Shown piece after piece: positions 1 through 8,647 of a DNA stretch of 64,000 nucleotides. The translations under genes were made by a program, and so were the position numbers. How positions within the stretch are numbered: the stretch's first letter is position 1; each line of letters begins with the position of its first letter. The notes below the pieces were generated by a model. It did no database searches and was not told the DNA's origin. It worked only from the letters and a program-made list of their open reading frames with translations. The DNA is from an uncultured Alphaproteobacteria bacterium (lineage in GTDB: Bacteria; Pseudomonadota; Alphaproteobacteria; Rs-D84; CACZYB01): assembly GCA_944392955.1 (NCBI GenBank), contig CALXYK010000004.1, positions 69,048 through 133,047 of the forward strand, given 5' to 3'.

Positions 1-166
1 AGATGCAGAAGATGAAAATTCAGATGAAAATATTATAAGTCAAGATAATATGCCACAAAATGTTGAACCATCTTCTACACCAAACGAAGCAGCAGAAACT
101 TCTGTAAAACAAGAAGTAGAAGAAAAAGAAAATACTAAACAAGAACAAACCGATTTATTTGAATAA
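1..166 (+). CDS. 3' end of an upstream CDS with an acidic, low-complexity C-terminal tail; tatA is a weak possibility from context
   Basis: Open frame (codons from position 2) ending at TAA 164-166, translating ...DAEDENSDEN...EEKENTKQEQTDLFE*. It lies immediately upstream of tatB-tatC. No TM segment is visible in this fragment. Confidence 0.3.
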   Translation, partial: DAEDENSDENIISQDNMPQNVEPSSTPNEAAETSVKQEVEEKENTKQEQTDLFE

Positions 167-179
167 GGGGGGGGGGAAC

Positions 180-506
180 TTGTTTGGTATAAGTGGCAAC
201 GAACTTATAGTAATAATACTACTGATGGTAATATTTATAAAACCAAAGGATATTCCATCAGTAGTTAATTTTATCGCAAAAATTTGGAAATGGATAAAGG
301 ATTTTGTATCCGAAGTTCAAGAGCAAATAAACAAAGTTGCCTTAGAAATCAAAGAAACAAAGGACGAAGCCAACGAAACCTTCCATGATAAAATAGAAAA
401 ATTACGACTTGAAATAAATCAACAAACTGATTTTTTTGATATAGACGATAACAAAAAAACTCCAAAATTAAAAATAAATAAAAAGACAAAGAAAAATGTC
501 AAATAA
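180..506 (+). CDS. tatB: Sec-independent (Tat) translocase subunit TatB, or a TatA/B-family protein
   Basis: From the in-frame TTG at 180 the N-terminus reads MFGISGNELIVIILLMVIF, a TatA/B-type TM helix followed by an amphipathic helix. A G10 tract at 167-176 sits 3 nt upstream as an SD-like element. The stop overlaps the tatC start. The ORF track begins at TTG 159, but that extension (MNKGGGN) is just the poly-G tract translated. Confidence 0.6.
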   Translation: MFGISGNELIVIILLMVIFIKPKDIPSVVNFIAKIWKWIKDFVSEVQEQINKVALEIKETKDEANETFHDKIEKLRLEINQQTDFFDIDDNKKTPKLKINKKTKKNVK

Positions 507-1242
507 AGATGAAAAATTACCAGAACTAAGTCTATTAGACCACCTAAACGAACTAAGGTTAAGGTTAATACATTCCTTAATATTTTTTATAATTGCATTC
601 ATTGTATGTTATAGTTTCAAAGATGAAATCTACAACCTTATCACATACCCATTAACAAAAATTTTACATGAAAATCACCTACAACCACAAATAATCTACA
701 CAAAAATAACGGAAAACTTTACATCTACATTATCAATAGTATTTTCTTCTGCTTTGTTTATATCTATTCCATATTGGGCTATTGAAATTTGGTTATTTAT
801 AACTCCTGCCCTTTACAAAGAAGAAAAAAAATACTTTTTACCATATATTTTTCTTACACCATTTTTATTTTTATGTGGAGTAATATTTTGCTATTTTCTA
901 GTTTTACCACCAACATTTAATTTTTTTATAAACTATGGAAATAATGGTAGGAATATTCCTTTAATCTTAGAAGCCAAAATAACAGATTATATAAATCTTA
1001 CTACCTCACTTTTGAATGCATTTGGAATATGTTTTCTAACTCCAATTTTTTTAATTTTGTTAGTAAAATTTGGCATATTATCAAGACAAACCCTCAAAAA
1101 GCAAAGGAAATATGCAATAGTTTTAATATTTATAATTTCCGCTATTCTAACCCCTCCGGATGTATTATCACAGATACTATTGGCAATTCCTTTAATCTGT
1201 ATGTATGAGTTATCAATATTACTATCAAAAAACTCAAAATAA
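496..1242 (+). CDS. tatC: Twin-arginine translocase subunit TatC
   Basis: A 248-aa polytopic membrane protein. The N-terminal LxDHLNELRLRL motif matches the TatC signature (tHLxELRxRL). It has 6 predicted TM segments and its start overlaps the tatB stop. Confidence 0.85.
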   Translation: MSNKDEKLPELSLLDHLNELRLRLIHSLIFFIIAFIVCYSFKDEIYNLITYPLTKILHENHLQPQIIYTKITENFTSTLSIVFSSALFISIPYWAIEIWLFITPALYKEEKKYFLPYIFLTPFLFLCGVIFCYFLVLPPTFNFFINYGNNGRNIPLILEAKITDYINLTTSLLNAFGICFLTPIFLILLVKFGILSRQTLKKQRKYAIVLIFIISAILTPPDVLSQILLAIPLICMYELSILLSKNSK

Positions 1243-1282
1243 ATTATAGATTTTATTTTATTTTTGTAGTATCATACAAAGT

Positions 1283-2821
1283 ATGAGAGAAAAAAGTCTT
1301 AAATTTCTTACCAAACCTATTATCCTTATGCTTATAGTTTTAGGGGGATGTTCTTATGTGGACAGACGACCATCTCCGTTAACTTCTAATCAATACCCAT
1401 ATCAATATAATACCAATAATTCAATAAGTTATGAGCAACACCTAAACAATACTACCAAAACAATACCTTCCACATACGAAAATCAAAATACACAACATAT
1501 AGATGAAAAAAACACTCCGTCCACTTCTACGCCTACCCAAATACAAAACAATAATACCGAAGATGTAATACTAGAAGAAATAGTTTACATTCCATCTGCA
1601 CTTCAAACAACCCCTGTATCTGAAATTGAAATACTAAGTGAAACAAATATTCCCGAAGAAATTCCAACTTCTCAACCTAAACAGGAAACAAAAACACCTG
1701 AAATAAAAAAGGTAAAGGTTAAAGCGGGCGACACACTATATTCTATCGCAAAACAAAATGACATTAAAGTTTATGACTTGGCTGAATATAACAATATAAA
1801 ATCTCCTTTCACCGTAAAATTGGGACAAATAATAAAAATACCAACTGATACAAAAACAACGACAAAAGAAGAACCAATAATTATGGAAAACTTGTCAAAT
1901 GAAAAAACATTTATAGAGGAACCTAAAAACGACTTCCATATTGTTAAAAAGGGAGATACCGTTTACTCTATTGCAAAGAAAAATAATGTCCCTTTAAAAG
2001 ATTTGATTTTAAGAAATAATTTAAAGGCTCCTTATAAACTAGCAATAGGTGATAAAATATACATACCTAATACTGCATTCCATATAGTAAATGCCAAAGA
2101 TACCGCATACAGCATTTCACGAAAATATAATGTAAACTTAAATTCTTTGGTAAAATTAAATAAATTATCCGCTCCGTATACCTTAACAATAGGTCAAAAA
2201 TTATTACTTCCTGCAACCAATGTTGACATACAACAAAAACAAATAAATTATATAGTAAAAGATACAGATACTTCTAAAATAGTAAAACCTTCATCAAAGG
2301 AAAGTTCAAAGGAATTAACTCAGGCCAAAGTTGTTAAAAAGGAAAAGGTAAAAATAAAACAAACTACCTCTACACAACAAACTGAAAAACAAAAACAACA
2401 ACAAGAAAAAATACAACAAATAATATCAAAACCTGCCCCATTAACATCAAAAACATTCAAATGGCCAGTAAAAGGAAAAGTCATCTCAAAATACGGCATC
2501 AAAAACAATGGTAAACGAAATGATGGAATAAACATCTCTGCGAAATTGGGAACAAATGTAGTAGCCGCAGAAAACGGAATCATTGCTTACGCAGGAAACG
2601 AATTAAAAGGACTTGGAAACCTTATAATAATAAAACATGACAAGGATTATATGACCGTATATGCTCATAATGACACCATAACCGTTAAAAAGGGACAATC
2701 TGTAAAACGAGGGGATAAAATCGCAACCGTCGGAAAAACAGGACGAGTAACAACCCCACAACTTCACTTTGAGGTAAGAAAGAAAACTCAATCCATAGAC
2801 CCTTCTGATATCTTAGAATAG
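1283..2821 (+). CDS. NlpD-like lipoprotein with three LysM domains and a C-terminal M23 (LytM) peptidase domain
   Basis: Lipobox LGGC at residues 20-23. Three LysM repeats (VKAGDTLYSIAKQN..., VKKGDTVYSIAKKN..., VNAKDTAYSISRKYN...). The C-terminus GxxVxxGxxIAxVGxTG...HFEV is typical of M23 peptidases. Confidence 0.8.
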   Translation: MREKSLKFLTKPIILMLIVLGGCSYVDRRPSPLTSNQYPYQYNTNNSISYEQHLNNTTKTIPSTYENQNTQHIDEKNTPSTSTPTQIQNNNTEDVILEEIVYIPSALQTTPVSEIEILSETNIPEEIPTSQPKQETKTPEIKKVKVKAGDTLYSIAKQNDIKVYDLAEYNNIKSPFTVKLGQIIKIPTDTKTTTKEEPIIMENLSNEKTFIEEPKNDFHIVKKGDTVYSIAKKNNVPLKDLILRNNLKAPYKLAIGDKIYIPNTAFHIVNAKDTAYSISRKYNVNLNSLVKLNKLSAPYTLTIGQKLLLPATNVDIQQKQINYIVKDTDTSKIVKPSSKESSKELTQAKVVKKEKVKIKQTTSTQQTEKQKQQQEKIQQIISKPAPLTSKTFKWPVKGKVISKYGIKNNGKRNDGINISAKLGTNVVAAENGIIAYAGNELKGLGNLIIIKHDKDYMTVYAHNDTITVKKGQSVKRGDKIATVGKTGRVTTPQLHFEVRKKTQSIDPSDILE

Positions 2822-2889
2822 GAAAGAATTTAAACCTATACACATTTTTCTCTTTATAAAATACAATATAAGTATAAAAGGAGAGGAAA

Positions 2890-3051
2890 ATGTTAAAACA
2901 TAAAAAACTTGTTCAAATATTTATTTGCATATCCTTAATAACAATAGGAATAGTAATCATCACATCTGCCGATGCAAACACTACAATAAAAAAGAAGAAA
3001 TCAATAGAAATAAAAACTCAAACAAAACAAAATACAAAAAGTGCAAATTAA
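2890..3051 (+). CDS. Small (53 aa) single-TM membrane protein, hypothetical
   Basis: ATG at 2890 lies 6 nt after a strong SD (AAAAGGAGAGG). It translates as MLKHKKLVQIFICISLITIGIVIITSADANTTIKKKKSIEIKTQTKQNTKSAN*. It is not in the ORF track because it is under 60 aa. Confidence 0.35.
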   Translation: MLKHKKLVQIFICISLITIGIVIITSADANTTIKKKKSIEIKTQTKQNTKSAN

Positions 3052-4148
3052 ATGTGTTTAGGAGGAATCCTAAATTTAATAATTCCTCCTAAAATCCAAA
3101 ATGTTTTTCCACCGGCAATATCTATCTTTTTACGGAAACAAAAGCGTTTAATTGCATTCAACAAACCAATTTTGGAAATTTTTAAATGTAATTCTCTATC
3201 TTTATTAGAAATAAAATTCAAATGGAAAACTTGTTCAAAAGGTGTATATTTTGAAAACAACCACCACTCCTCACACATAGGTTTATCCGAATATTTCCAA
3301 GGTTTTGATAAAGTATAATGTAAAATATATGGATTTAAAATTGCCTCTTTGAAATCAGATTCTATAACAAATCCTTTTTTGACTAAATCAAAATAACAGC
3401 CATAACGACTATCCCCTTTTATTATATCAGGCATAACATTGTATTTAAGTGGTAAATAAAAAATACTAGATTTACAAACAAAATTTATTATATCTTGATC
3501 ATGATATGGGAATTGATATTTTGATAAAGAAATAAATTTATTACATATATCTAATTTTCGCATCAGTGCAAGGTTCATCAATAAAACCCCTGAATTTATA
3601 TACTTCCCCCTTAGTTTATTAAAATCAAAAGATTTCCATGTGCCAGAAGATAATAATTTATTAAAAATTTTATCATTGTTTATAATATCTTTAACTCCCG
3701 CTACTAAATTATCACCTATATCCATAGAAAAAAGTTCTAATAAATCATTTTTGATTAAAATATCCACATCCATATAAACTACTTTATCAATATCACTCAA
3801 TAACAAAGGTAATAACAACCTTGCATATGCCATTTTATTTATTGCCCCACTGGTATAAGCATCATCAAAATCACTAGGCATATTTATAAACTTTATATTA
3901 GAAGGCACATCAAAACTATTAAGTATATTTCTAAGTTGATTCTTATTAAAATCATTTACATCATCTGAAACAACACAAAAAATATTATAAAAAGTATTTT
4001 CCCCTTTATGATATAACAAACTAGCAAGACAAACTCCAACTTGCATCCAAAGGTTTCTGTCAAAACAAAAGGCAATATTAACAATATTCATAAAAATCCT
4101 CATCAAACAATACAATACCTTTATAAACAAGATAAAAAAATAATTCAC
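3048..4148 (-). CDS. Glycosyltransferase family 8 (LPS/LOS alpha-1,3-galactosyl/glucosyltransferase-like)
   Basis: A 366-aa protein with a DxD motif (YMDVDILI) and GT8-like blocks (AYARLLLPLLL, GVLLMNL). The neighbourhood also carries galE, pgm and a GT1-like gene. Confidence 0.65.
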   Translation of the reverse strand: MNYFFILFIKVLYCLMRIFMNIVNIAFCFDRNLWMQVGVCLASLLYHKGENTFYNIFCVVSDDVNDFNKNQLRNILNSFDVPSNIKFINMPSDFDDAYTSGAINKMAYARLLLPLLLSDIDKVVYMDVDILIKNDLLELFSMDIGDNLVAGVKDIINNDKIFNKLLSSGTWKSFDFNKLRGKYINSGVLLMNLALMRKLDICNKFISLSKYQFPYHDQDIINFVCKSSIFYLPLKYNVMPDIIKGDSRYGCYFDLVKKGFVIESDFKEAILNPYILHYTLSKPWKYSDKPMCEEWWLFSKYTPFEQVFHLNFISNKDRELHLKISKIGLLNAIKRFCFRKKIDIAGGKTFWILGGIIKFRIPPKHI

Positions 4149-4204
4149 TAGGAATAAATTTCTAAACGCCCAAAGACAAAATTATTATTTAGATAACAAA
4201 AACC

Positions 4205-4233
4205 TTGAAATTTAAAATAAAAAAGATTATAAT
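4205..4233 (+). promoter_or_regulatory. Sigma70-like promoter for tRNA-Lys (TTGAAA-N17-TATAAT)
   Basis: TTGAAA at 4205-4210, a 17-nt spacer, and TATAAT at 4228-4233, about 20 nt upstream of the tRNA 5' end. Confidence 0.4.
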
Positions 4234-4252
4234 CTGCAAATATTAAAAAAAA

Positions 4253-4328
4253 GGGTGATTAGCTCAGTTGGTAGAGCAACTGACTCTTAATCAGTGGGTC
4301 GGGGGTTCGAATCCCCCATCACCCACCA
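4253..4328 (+). tRNA. tRNA-Lys (anticodon CTT)
   Basis: A 76-nt cloverleaf. The acceptor stem pairs GGGTGAT with ATCACCC. The T-arm is GGGGG-TTCGAAT-CCCCC. The anticodon stem ACTGA/TCAGT carries loop CTCTTAA (anticodon CTT). A genomically encoded CCA is present. Confidence 0.9.
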
Positions 4329-4382
4329 AAATTTTCAGCACAAAGCATTCTTTATAAATATAGGCAAACAGGCGAAATTCGC

Positions 4383-4411
4383 TTGACATAAGTCTTTTTT
4401 AAACTTATCAT
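4383..4411 (+). promoter_or_regulatory. Near-consensus sigma70 promoter (TTGACA-N17-TATCAT) for the downstream secreted-protein gene
   Basis: TTGACA at 4383-4388, a 17-nt spacer, and TATCAT at 4406-4411, about 45 nt upstream of the TTG start at 4459. Confidence 0.45.
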
Positions 4412-4458
4412 ACTTCAAAGTTAACTATTTAAAATAACTTAAATTTTGGGGAAAAATC

Positions 4459-5544
4459 TTGAATCGTAAATTTTTATATTTTTTCATAAGTTTATTCTTA
4501 CAAATCTCTTTACTCGGAGGTAATACTTTCGCTAGTGTTTCAAAAAATTTTTATATAGTAAAGGGGATTCCTGTTCATTCTTCCTCTTTCTCATCTAGTC
4601 AGGCAAAAAAACTATCCTTAGAAAAGGCAAGAACCGAAGCATTCAACAATGTCCTTTCCCGTCTTCTACTTTCCGAAGATTTACAAAATGTCATCATTCC
4701 AGATGCATACAATATGGAAAAGTTCGTAAAAAGTTTAAAACTTACCAACGAAAAAACCACATCTACTTCTTATAGTGCAAATGTTGATATAGAATTAAAT
4801 AAAAATCTGATTGAAAGTTATTTGGATAATCAAGGATTCGAATTTTTAAAGGATTTACCACCATCAACCCTTATCATAATAAGGGATATTTACGGAGTTC
4901 AAACTGGAATCCATAGTGCTATAAAACAATACGATGACAAATCAAATGTTGTAAAATTTACTATCGCAAATGAAAATGACACTATACCTTCATTTTCAGG
5001 ACAAAGTCAAAAAAAATTATCTCAATTAACTGAATTAAGTGATAGTGATTTTGACTATCTTCGCTCAAAATACAATGTTGAAAATGTTATATTAGTTGAC
5101 TTCCCAACATACTATACAAACTATGATGTTGCATTTTTTGATAAATTATTAGGAATAAAAAAAGAAGTAATTTTCAACAATACATCCGAAGAAAGTGAAG
5201 AAGAAAATGAAGAAGAATCCGAAAATACTTGTTCTAGTGAATGTATGGTAAAAAACTTTTTCAATGCTTTAAATGATGCATATAAGGAAAAAATGTTTGA
5301 AACTGATATATCTCAAAACATTTCGTTAATAGTTCCTATATATTCTTTGGCTGATTGGCTTGACTTACAAAAGAAGTTTTCTACATTATCCGTATTCAAA
5401 GATATGACTGTTCAGGCATTAAAACATAATAAGGCTCAGTTAAAAATAAAATATAATTATGACTTAAATTCTGTTATTGCCTCTCTTTCATCATTGGGAT
5501 TCGGAATAGAAGAAAAGGATGGATACTTACTTATCAAGAGGTAA
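4459..5544 (+). CDS. Hypothetical secreted protein (361 aa) with an acidic Glu/Ser tract
   Basis: TTG start. The N-terminal signal peptide is LFLQISLLGGNTFASV. An acidic run SEESEEENEEESEN is present. No recognisable catalytic motif. It sits immediately upstream of hdaA. Confidence 0.55.
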   Translation: MNRKFLYFFISLFLQISLLGGNTFASVSKNFYIVKGIPVHSSSFSSSQAKKLSLEKARTEAFNNVLSRLLLSEDLQNVIIPDAYNMEKFVKSLKLTNEKTTSTSYSANVDIELNKNLIESYLDNQGFEFLKDLPPSTLIIIRDIYGVQTGIHSAIKQYDDKSNVVKFTIANENDTIPSFSGQSQKKLSQLTELSDSDFDYLRSKYNVENVILVDFPTYYTNYDVAFFDKLLGIKKEVIFNNTSEESEEENEEESENTCSSECMVKNFFNALNDAYKEKMFETDISQNISLIVPIYSLADWLDLQKKFSTLSVFKDMTVQALKHNKAQLKIKYNYDLNSVIASLSSLGFGIEEKDGYLLIKR

Positions 5545-5546
5545 AA

Positions 5547-6227
5547 ATGCAACAACTCCCACTTCTTTTGGAACATAGACGTTTACTTGGTCGTGAAGAT
5601 TTTCTCGTTTCCCCTTGTAATTTAGAAGCCGTAGAATGGATAGACTCTTACCCTGACTGGAACAATATATTTGCCATAGTTGTTTTAGGAAACAAATCAT
5701 CTGGGAAAACACATATTTCATGGTTATTCAGCGAAAAAACAGGTGCAAAAATATATAATTTCAACGAAATAACCGAGGAATTATTTTCAGATATAGTCCC
5801 CATAAATTCAGCATTAGTAATAGAAAATATTGATAACTTAATAGGAAACGAACAGAAAGAAGAAAGCCTATTTCACATAATAAATTATGCTATGGAATGT
5901 AATACAAAACTATTACTCACTTCTTCAACACAACTTTCCACATTAAACTTTTGTTTAATTGATTTAAAAACACGATTACTATCATTTCCTGTTGCAAACA
6001 TATATCCACCTGATGATGAGTTTTTAAAAGCTTTACTTGTAAAACAATTTTTAGAAAAAGATATAATAGTTACCCCAGATATAATAGAATATATAATAAA
6101 ACATATACCAAGAAATGCATCATCAGTCAAATACCTAGTAGAACAAGCAGATTTACTATCATTTGAACAAAAACATAAAATTACTATTCCATTTATAAAA
6201 AAGATTATGGAACAATTTGAAGACTAA
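5547..6227 (+). CDS. hdaA: DnaA-related regulatory inactivator HdaA (truncated DnaA-like AAA+ protein)
   Basis: A 226-aa protein. The N-terminus QQLPLLL...LLGREDFLVSPCNLEAVEWI matches the HdaA/Hda clamp-binding and N-terminal region. It carries Walker-A-like GNKSSGKTH. Confidence 0.7.
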   Translation: MQQLPLLLEHRRLLGREDFLVSPCNLEAVEWIDSYPDWNNIFAIVVLGNKSSGKTHISWLFSEKTGAKIYNFNEITEELFSDIVPINSALVIENIDNLIGNEQKEESLFHIINYAMECNTKLLLTSSTQLSTLNFCLIDLKTRLLSFPVANIYPPDDEFLKALLVKQFLEKDIIVTPDIIEYIIKHIPRNASSVKYLVEQADLLSFEQKHKITIPFIKKIMEQFED

Positions 6228-6831
6228 GCAAATACTTCTGTATTTGTGAAAAACTTATTCCACCTTCACGAATATAATTAACATTAGAACCCGTAATATC
6301 AATTATAGTAGAAGATTTTCCCGATATTTTCATATTAGTATCAAGTATTAAAATGTTTTTACCAAAAATTTTCTCTGCCTCAACAGCACTAATACACGGA
6401 GATTTGCCACTAATATTACAACTTGTGGAAACAAGAGGGATTTTAACTTTTGTTAAAATTTCCAGTAAAACTTTATTATTAGGAATCCTTATACCAACTT
6501 TATCATTTTTAATTACATAAGGGGATAAATTAGTCTTTCCCTTAACATTCAAAATCACACTTAACTCCCCTGGCATAAATTTTTTTATTAAACTCTCAGA
6601 TAACTTATTCAATTTCACATATTTTTTTAATGTAGTTATATTTGCAACATTAAGCAATAACGATTTATTTTCCTCACGATTTTTAAGTTTGTATATCTTC
6701 TGTATAGCTTTATCATCAATAGCAAGACAACCTATACCAAAAACCGTATCCGTAGGAAAAATTACGACTTGTCCTTCCAATAATTTTGAAACAATAAAAT
6801 TTATATTTTCCTTAGTCGGTTGAAGTATCAT
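6205..6831 (-). CDS. tsaC: L-threonylcarbamoyladenylate synthase (TsaC/YrdC family)
   Basis: YrdC fold motifs are present (VVIFPTDTVFGIGC, SVILNVKG, RIPNNKVLLEIL). The start is set at the internal Met (MILQPTKEN) because the first 30 codons of ORF 6205..6921 run into the divergent neighbouring gene, giving about 208 aa. Confidence 0.75.
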   Translation of the reverse strand: MILQPTKENINFIVSKLLEGQVVIFPTDTVFGIGCLAIDDKAIQKIYKLKNREENKSLLLNVANITTLKKYVKLNKLSESLIKKFMPGELSVILNVKGKTNLSPYVIKNDKVGIRIPNNKVLLEILTKVKIPLVSTSCNISGKSPCISAVEAEKIFGKNILILDTNMKISGKSSTIIDITGSNVNYIREGGISFSQIQKYLLSLQIVP

Positions 6832-6904
6832 TTTTAATCCTTGATTACTGAACTTTTTTAAGGTATTATATATCAGTGTAAATAAAAATAAAAGGGTTTT
6901 AAAT

Positions 6905-7966
6905 ATGAAAATTCTACACATAATTGATAATACATATTTTGAAACTCACCGAAAAACAATTTCTGAACTAATATTATCTCTATCCACCGAAGGAATAGAA
7001 CAAAAAATATACACCAATCCAAATACATCTTTGGGATGGTTGGAAAAAATTTGCGAAGTAATCAGATGGAAAATTTCCAAAAAGGGAAAAATAAAATCAC
7101 TATCAAATAAAATAAAAACATGGTTTGTATTTTCTGCCTTCCACCCTGATATTGTAATAAAATGGGGAAAACAAGCCCGGGAAATCGCCTATGGTGCGGG
7201 TGGTATACAAATATCATTTATAAATGAAAAGGAACCTTTGAAATCATTTGAAAATACAGATTATATAATGACTAATATAGATGAAGTTTTATCCTACTTA
7301 AAATCTCATGGATACAGTGGTATGCGATCATTTTTACTTCCTCCATTTATCTATGAATATAAAAAGGTTCCAACACTAAATAAAAAGGATTACTTCATCC
7401 CTGAAAAGGCAAAAATTATATATATTGCAGGAACACTAATTAAAAATATTGGATACGAAAGGGCTTTTGAGGCATTATCTATCATTTCCGACACATACTT
7501 TTTTGTTATAGGAAATGGACCTGACGAAGAATATGTAAAAGACCAAGCTCTAAAAGTTAACCTAAAAGCAAGATCTCGTTTCATTCCTGAAATAGAAAAA
7601 AGTTTTAATGCATTAGATTTAGTAGAGTTTTCATTTTTGCCATTTGAAGATCCTGAACTGCCTAAATATATTTTAGAATCTATGATACAAAAAAAGATTG
7701 TAATTACAATAAAAACTCCTCAATCCGAGGAATTTATCACCGAAGGCAAAACTGGTTTTTTCATTCCAAAGCAAGATATGTATTTAATAAAAAAGAAAAT
7801 AAAAGAAGTAATGAACCTATCCGAAGATGAAAAGCAAAATATTATAAATAATGCTTATGAACAGGCAAAAGAATACACTTCATCAAAAAAAATAAAAGGC
7901 TATGTCCAAATGTTTGATGAACTGATAAAAAAATACAACGAACGAAAAAACTTACTTAATAATTAA
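6905..7966 (+). CDS. Glycosyltransferase, GT-B/group 1-like (putative)
   Basis: A 353-aa protein. The C-terminal block EFITEGKTGFF resembles the GT1 E-x7-E region, and the spacing is Rossmann-like. The assignment is weak and based on motifs only. Confidence 0.45.
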   Translation: MKILHIIDNTYFETHRKTISELILSLSTEGIEQKIYTNPNTSLGWLEKICEVIRWKISKKGKIKSLSNKIKTWFVFSAFHPDIVIKWGKQAREIAYGAGGIQISFINEKEPLKSFENTDYIMTNIDEVLSYLKSHGYSGMRSFLLPPFIYEYKKVPTLNKKDYFIPEKAKIIYIAGTLIKNIGYERAFEALSIISDTYFFVIGNGPDEEYVKDQALKVNLKARSRFIPEIEKSFNALDLVEFSFLPFEDPELPKYILESMIQKKIVITIKTPQSEEFITEGKTGFFIPKQDMYLIKKKIKEVMNLSEDEKQNIINNAYEQAKEYTSSKKIKGYVQMFDELIKKYNERKNLLNN

Positions 7967-8574
7967 GAATTTTTCATATAATCAAATGCCTTTACCATAT
8001 ATTGCTTACCAGTCCAAATAGTTAAAATACTAGCAATCAATAACAAACATAAACCAACAACATAAATATTAAACAATGTATAATCCCAAAAAGAATTATA
8101 ATATCTATTAAGATAAGGTCTTCCAAATATTAAAAAGGAAATAGCAAATAATTGAGCCGTAGTCTTCCACTTTGCTAACCTTGAAACCGGCATTTTAACA
8201 TGGAAATTTCCCAAATATTCACGAAGTCCAGATACAAAAATTTCACGGCATATAATAACCGAAGCCAAAATAGTTTCAAATTTTCCAATAAATTTATTCT
8301 GAACCAAAACTATTAAAACCGTAGCGACCAATAATTTATCGGCAATCGGATCTAAAAAACGGCCTATTTCCGAAGTCAACTTCATCTTTCTTGATAAATA
8401 CCCATCAAGATAATCTGTAATACTTGCAAATACAAACAAAGCACAAGAAATATAATTCGCCCACATTATATCCTTACTATATAACATACAAAATATAGTA
8501 GGTATAATAAGAATTCTTATATATGTAAGTATATTAGGTAAAGACCAAACTAAATTTTTTGCTTTTTGTTTCAT
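7963..8574 (-). CDS. pgsA: CDP-diacylglycerol--glycerol-3-phosphate 3-phosphatidyltransferase
   Basis: It carries the CDP-alcohol phosphotransferase signature D-x2-D-G-x2-S/AR...G-x3-D-x3-D (DYLDGYLSRKMK...GRFLDPIADKL). It is a 203-aa polytopic membrane protein. Confidence 0.8.
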   Translation of the reverse strand: MKQKAKNLVWSLPNILTYIRILIIPTIFCMLYSKDIMWANYISCALFVFASITDYLDGYLSRKMKLTSEIGRFLDPIADKLLVATVLIVLVQNKFIGKFETILASVIICREIFVSGLREYLGNFHVKMPVSRLAKWKTTAQLFAISFLIFGRPYLNRYYNSFWDYTLFNIYVVGLCLLLIASILTIWTGKQYMVKAFDYMKNS

Positions 8575-8647
8575 TTTTTATCCTTTTTTTTCCTTTATTT
8601 CCTAGAATCATATATTAACAATTATAAAAATTTATTCAATTACAATT

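Noticed and set aside
159-179. ORF-track start of tatB at TTG 159 (MNKGGGN...)
   Set aside because: Those seven codons are the G10 tract and its flanks translated. A TTG at 180 gives the conserved TatA/B N-terminus and uses the G-tract as its SD.
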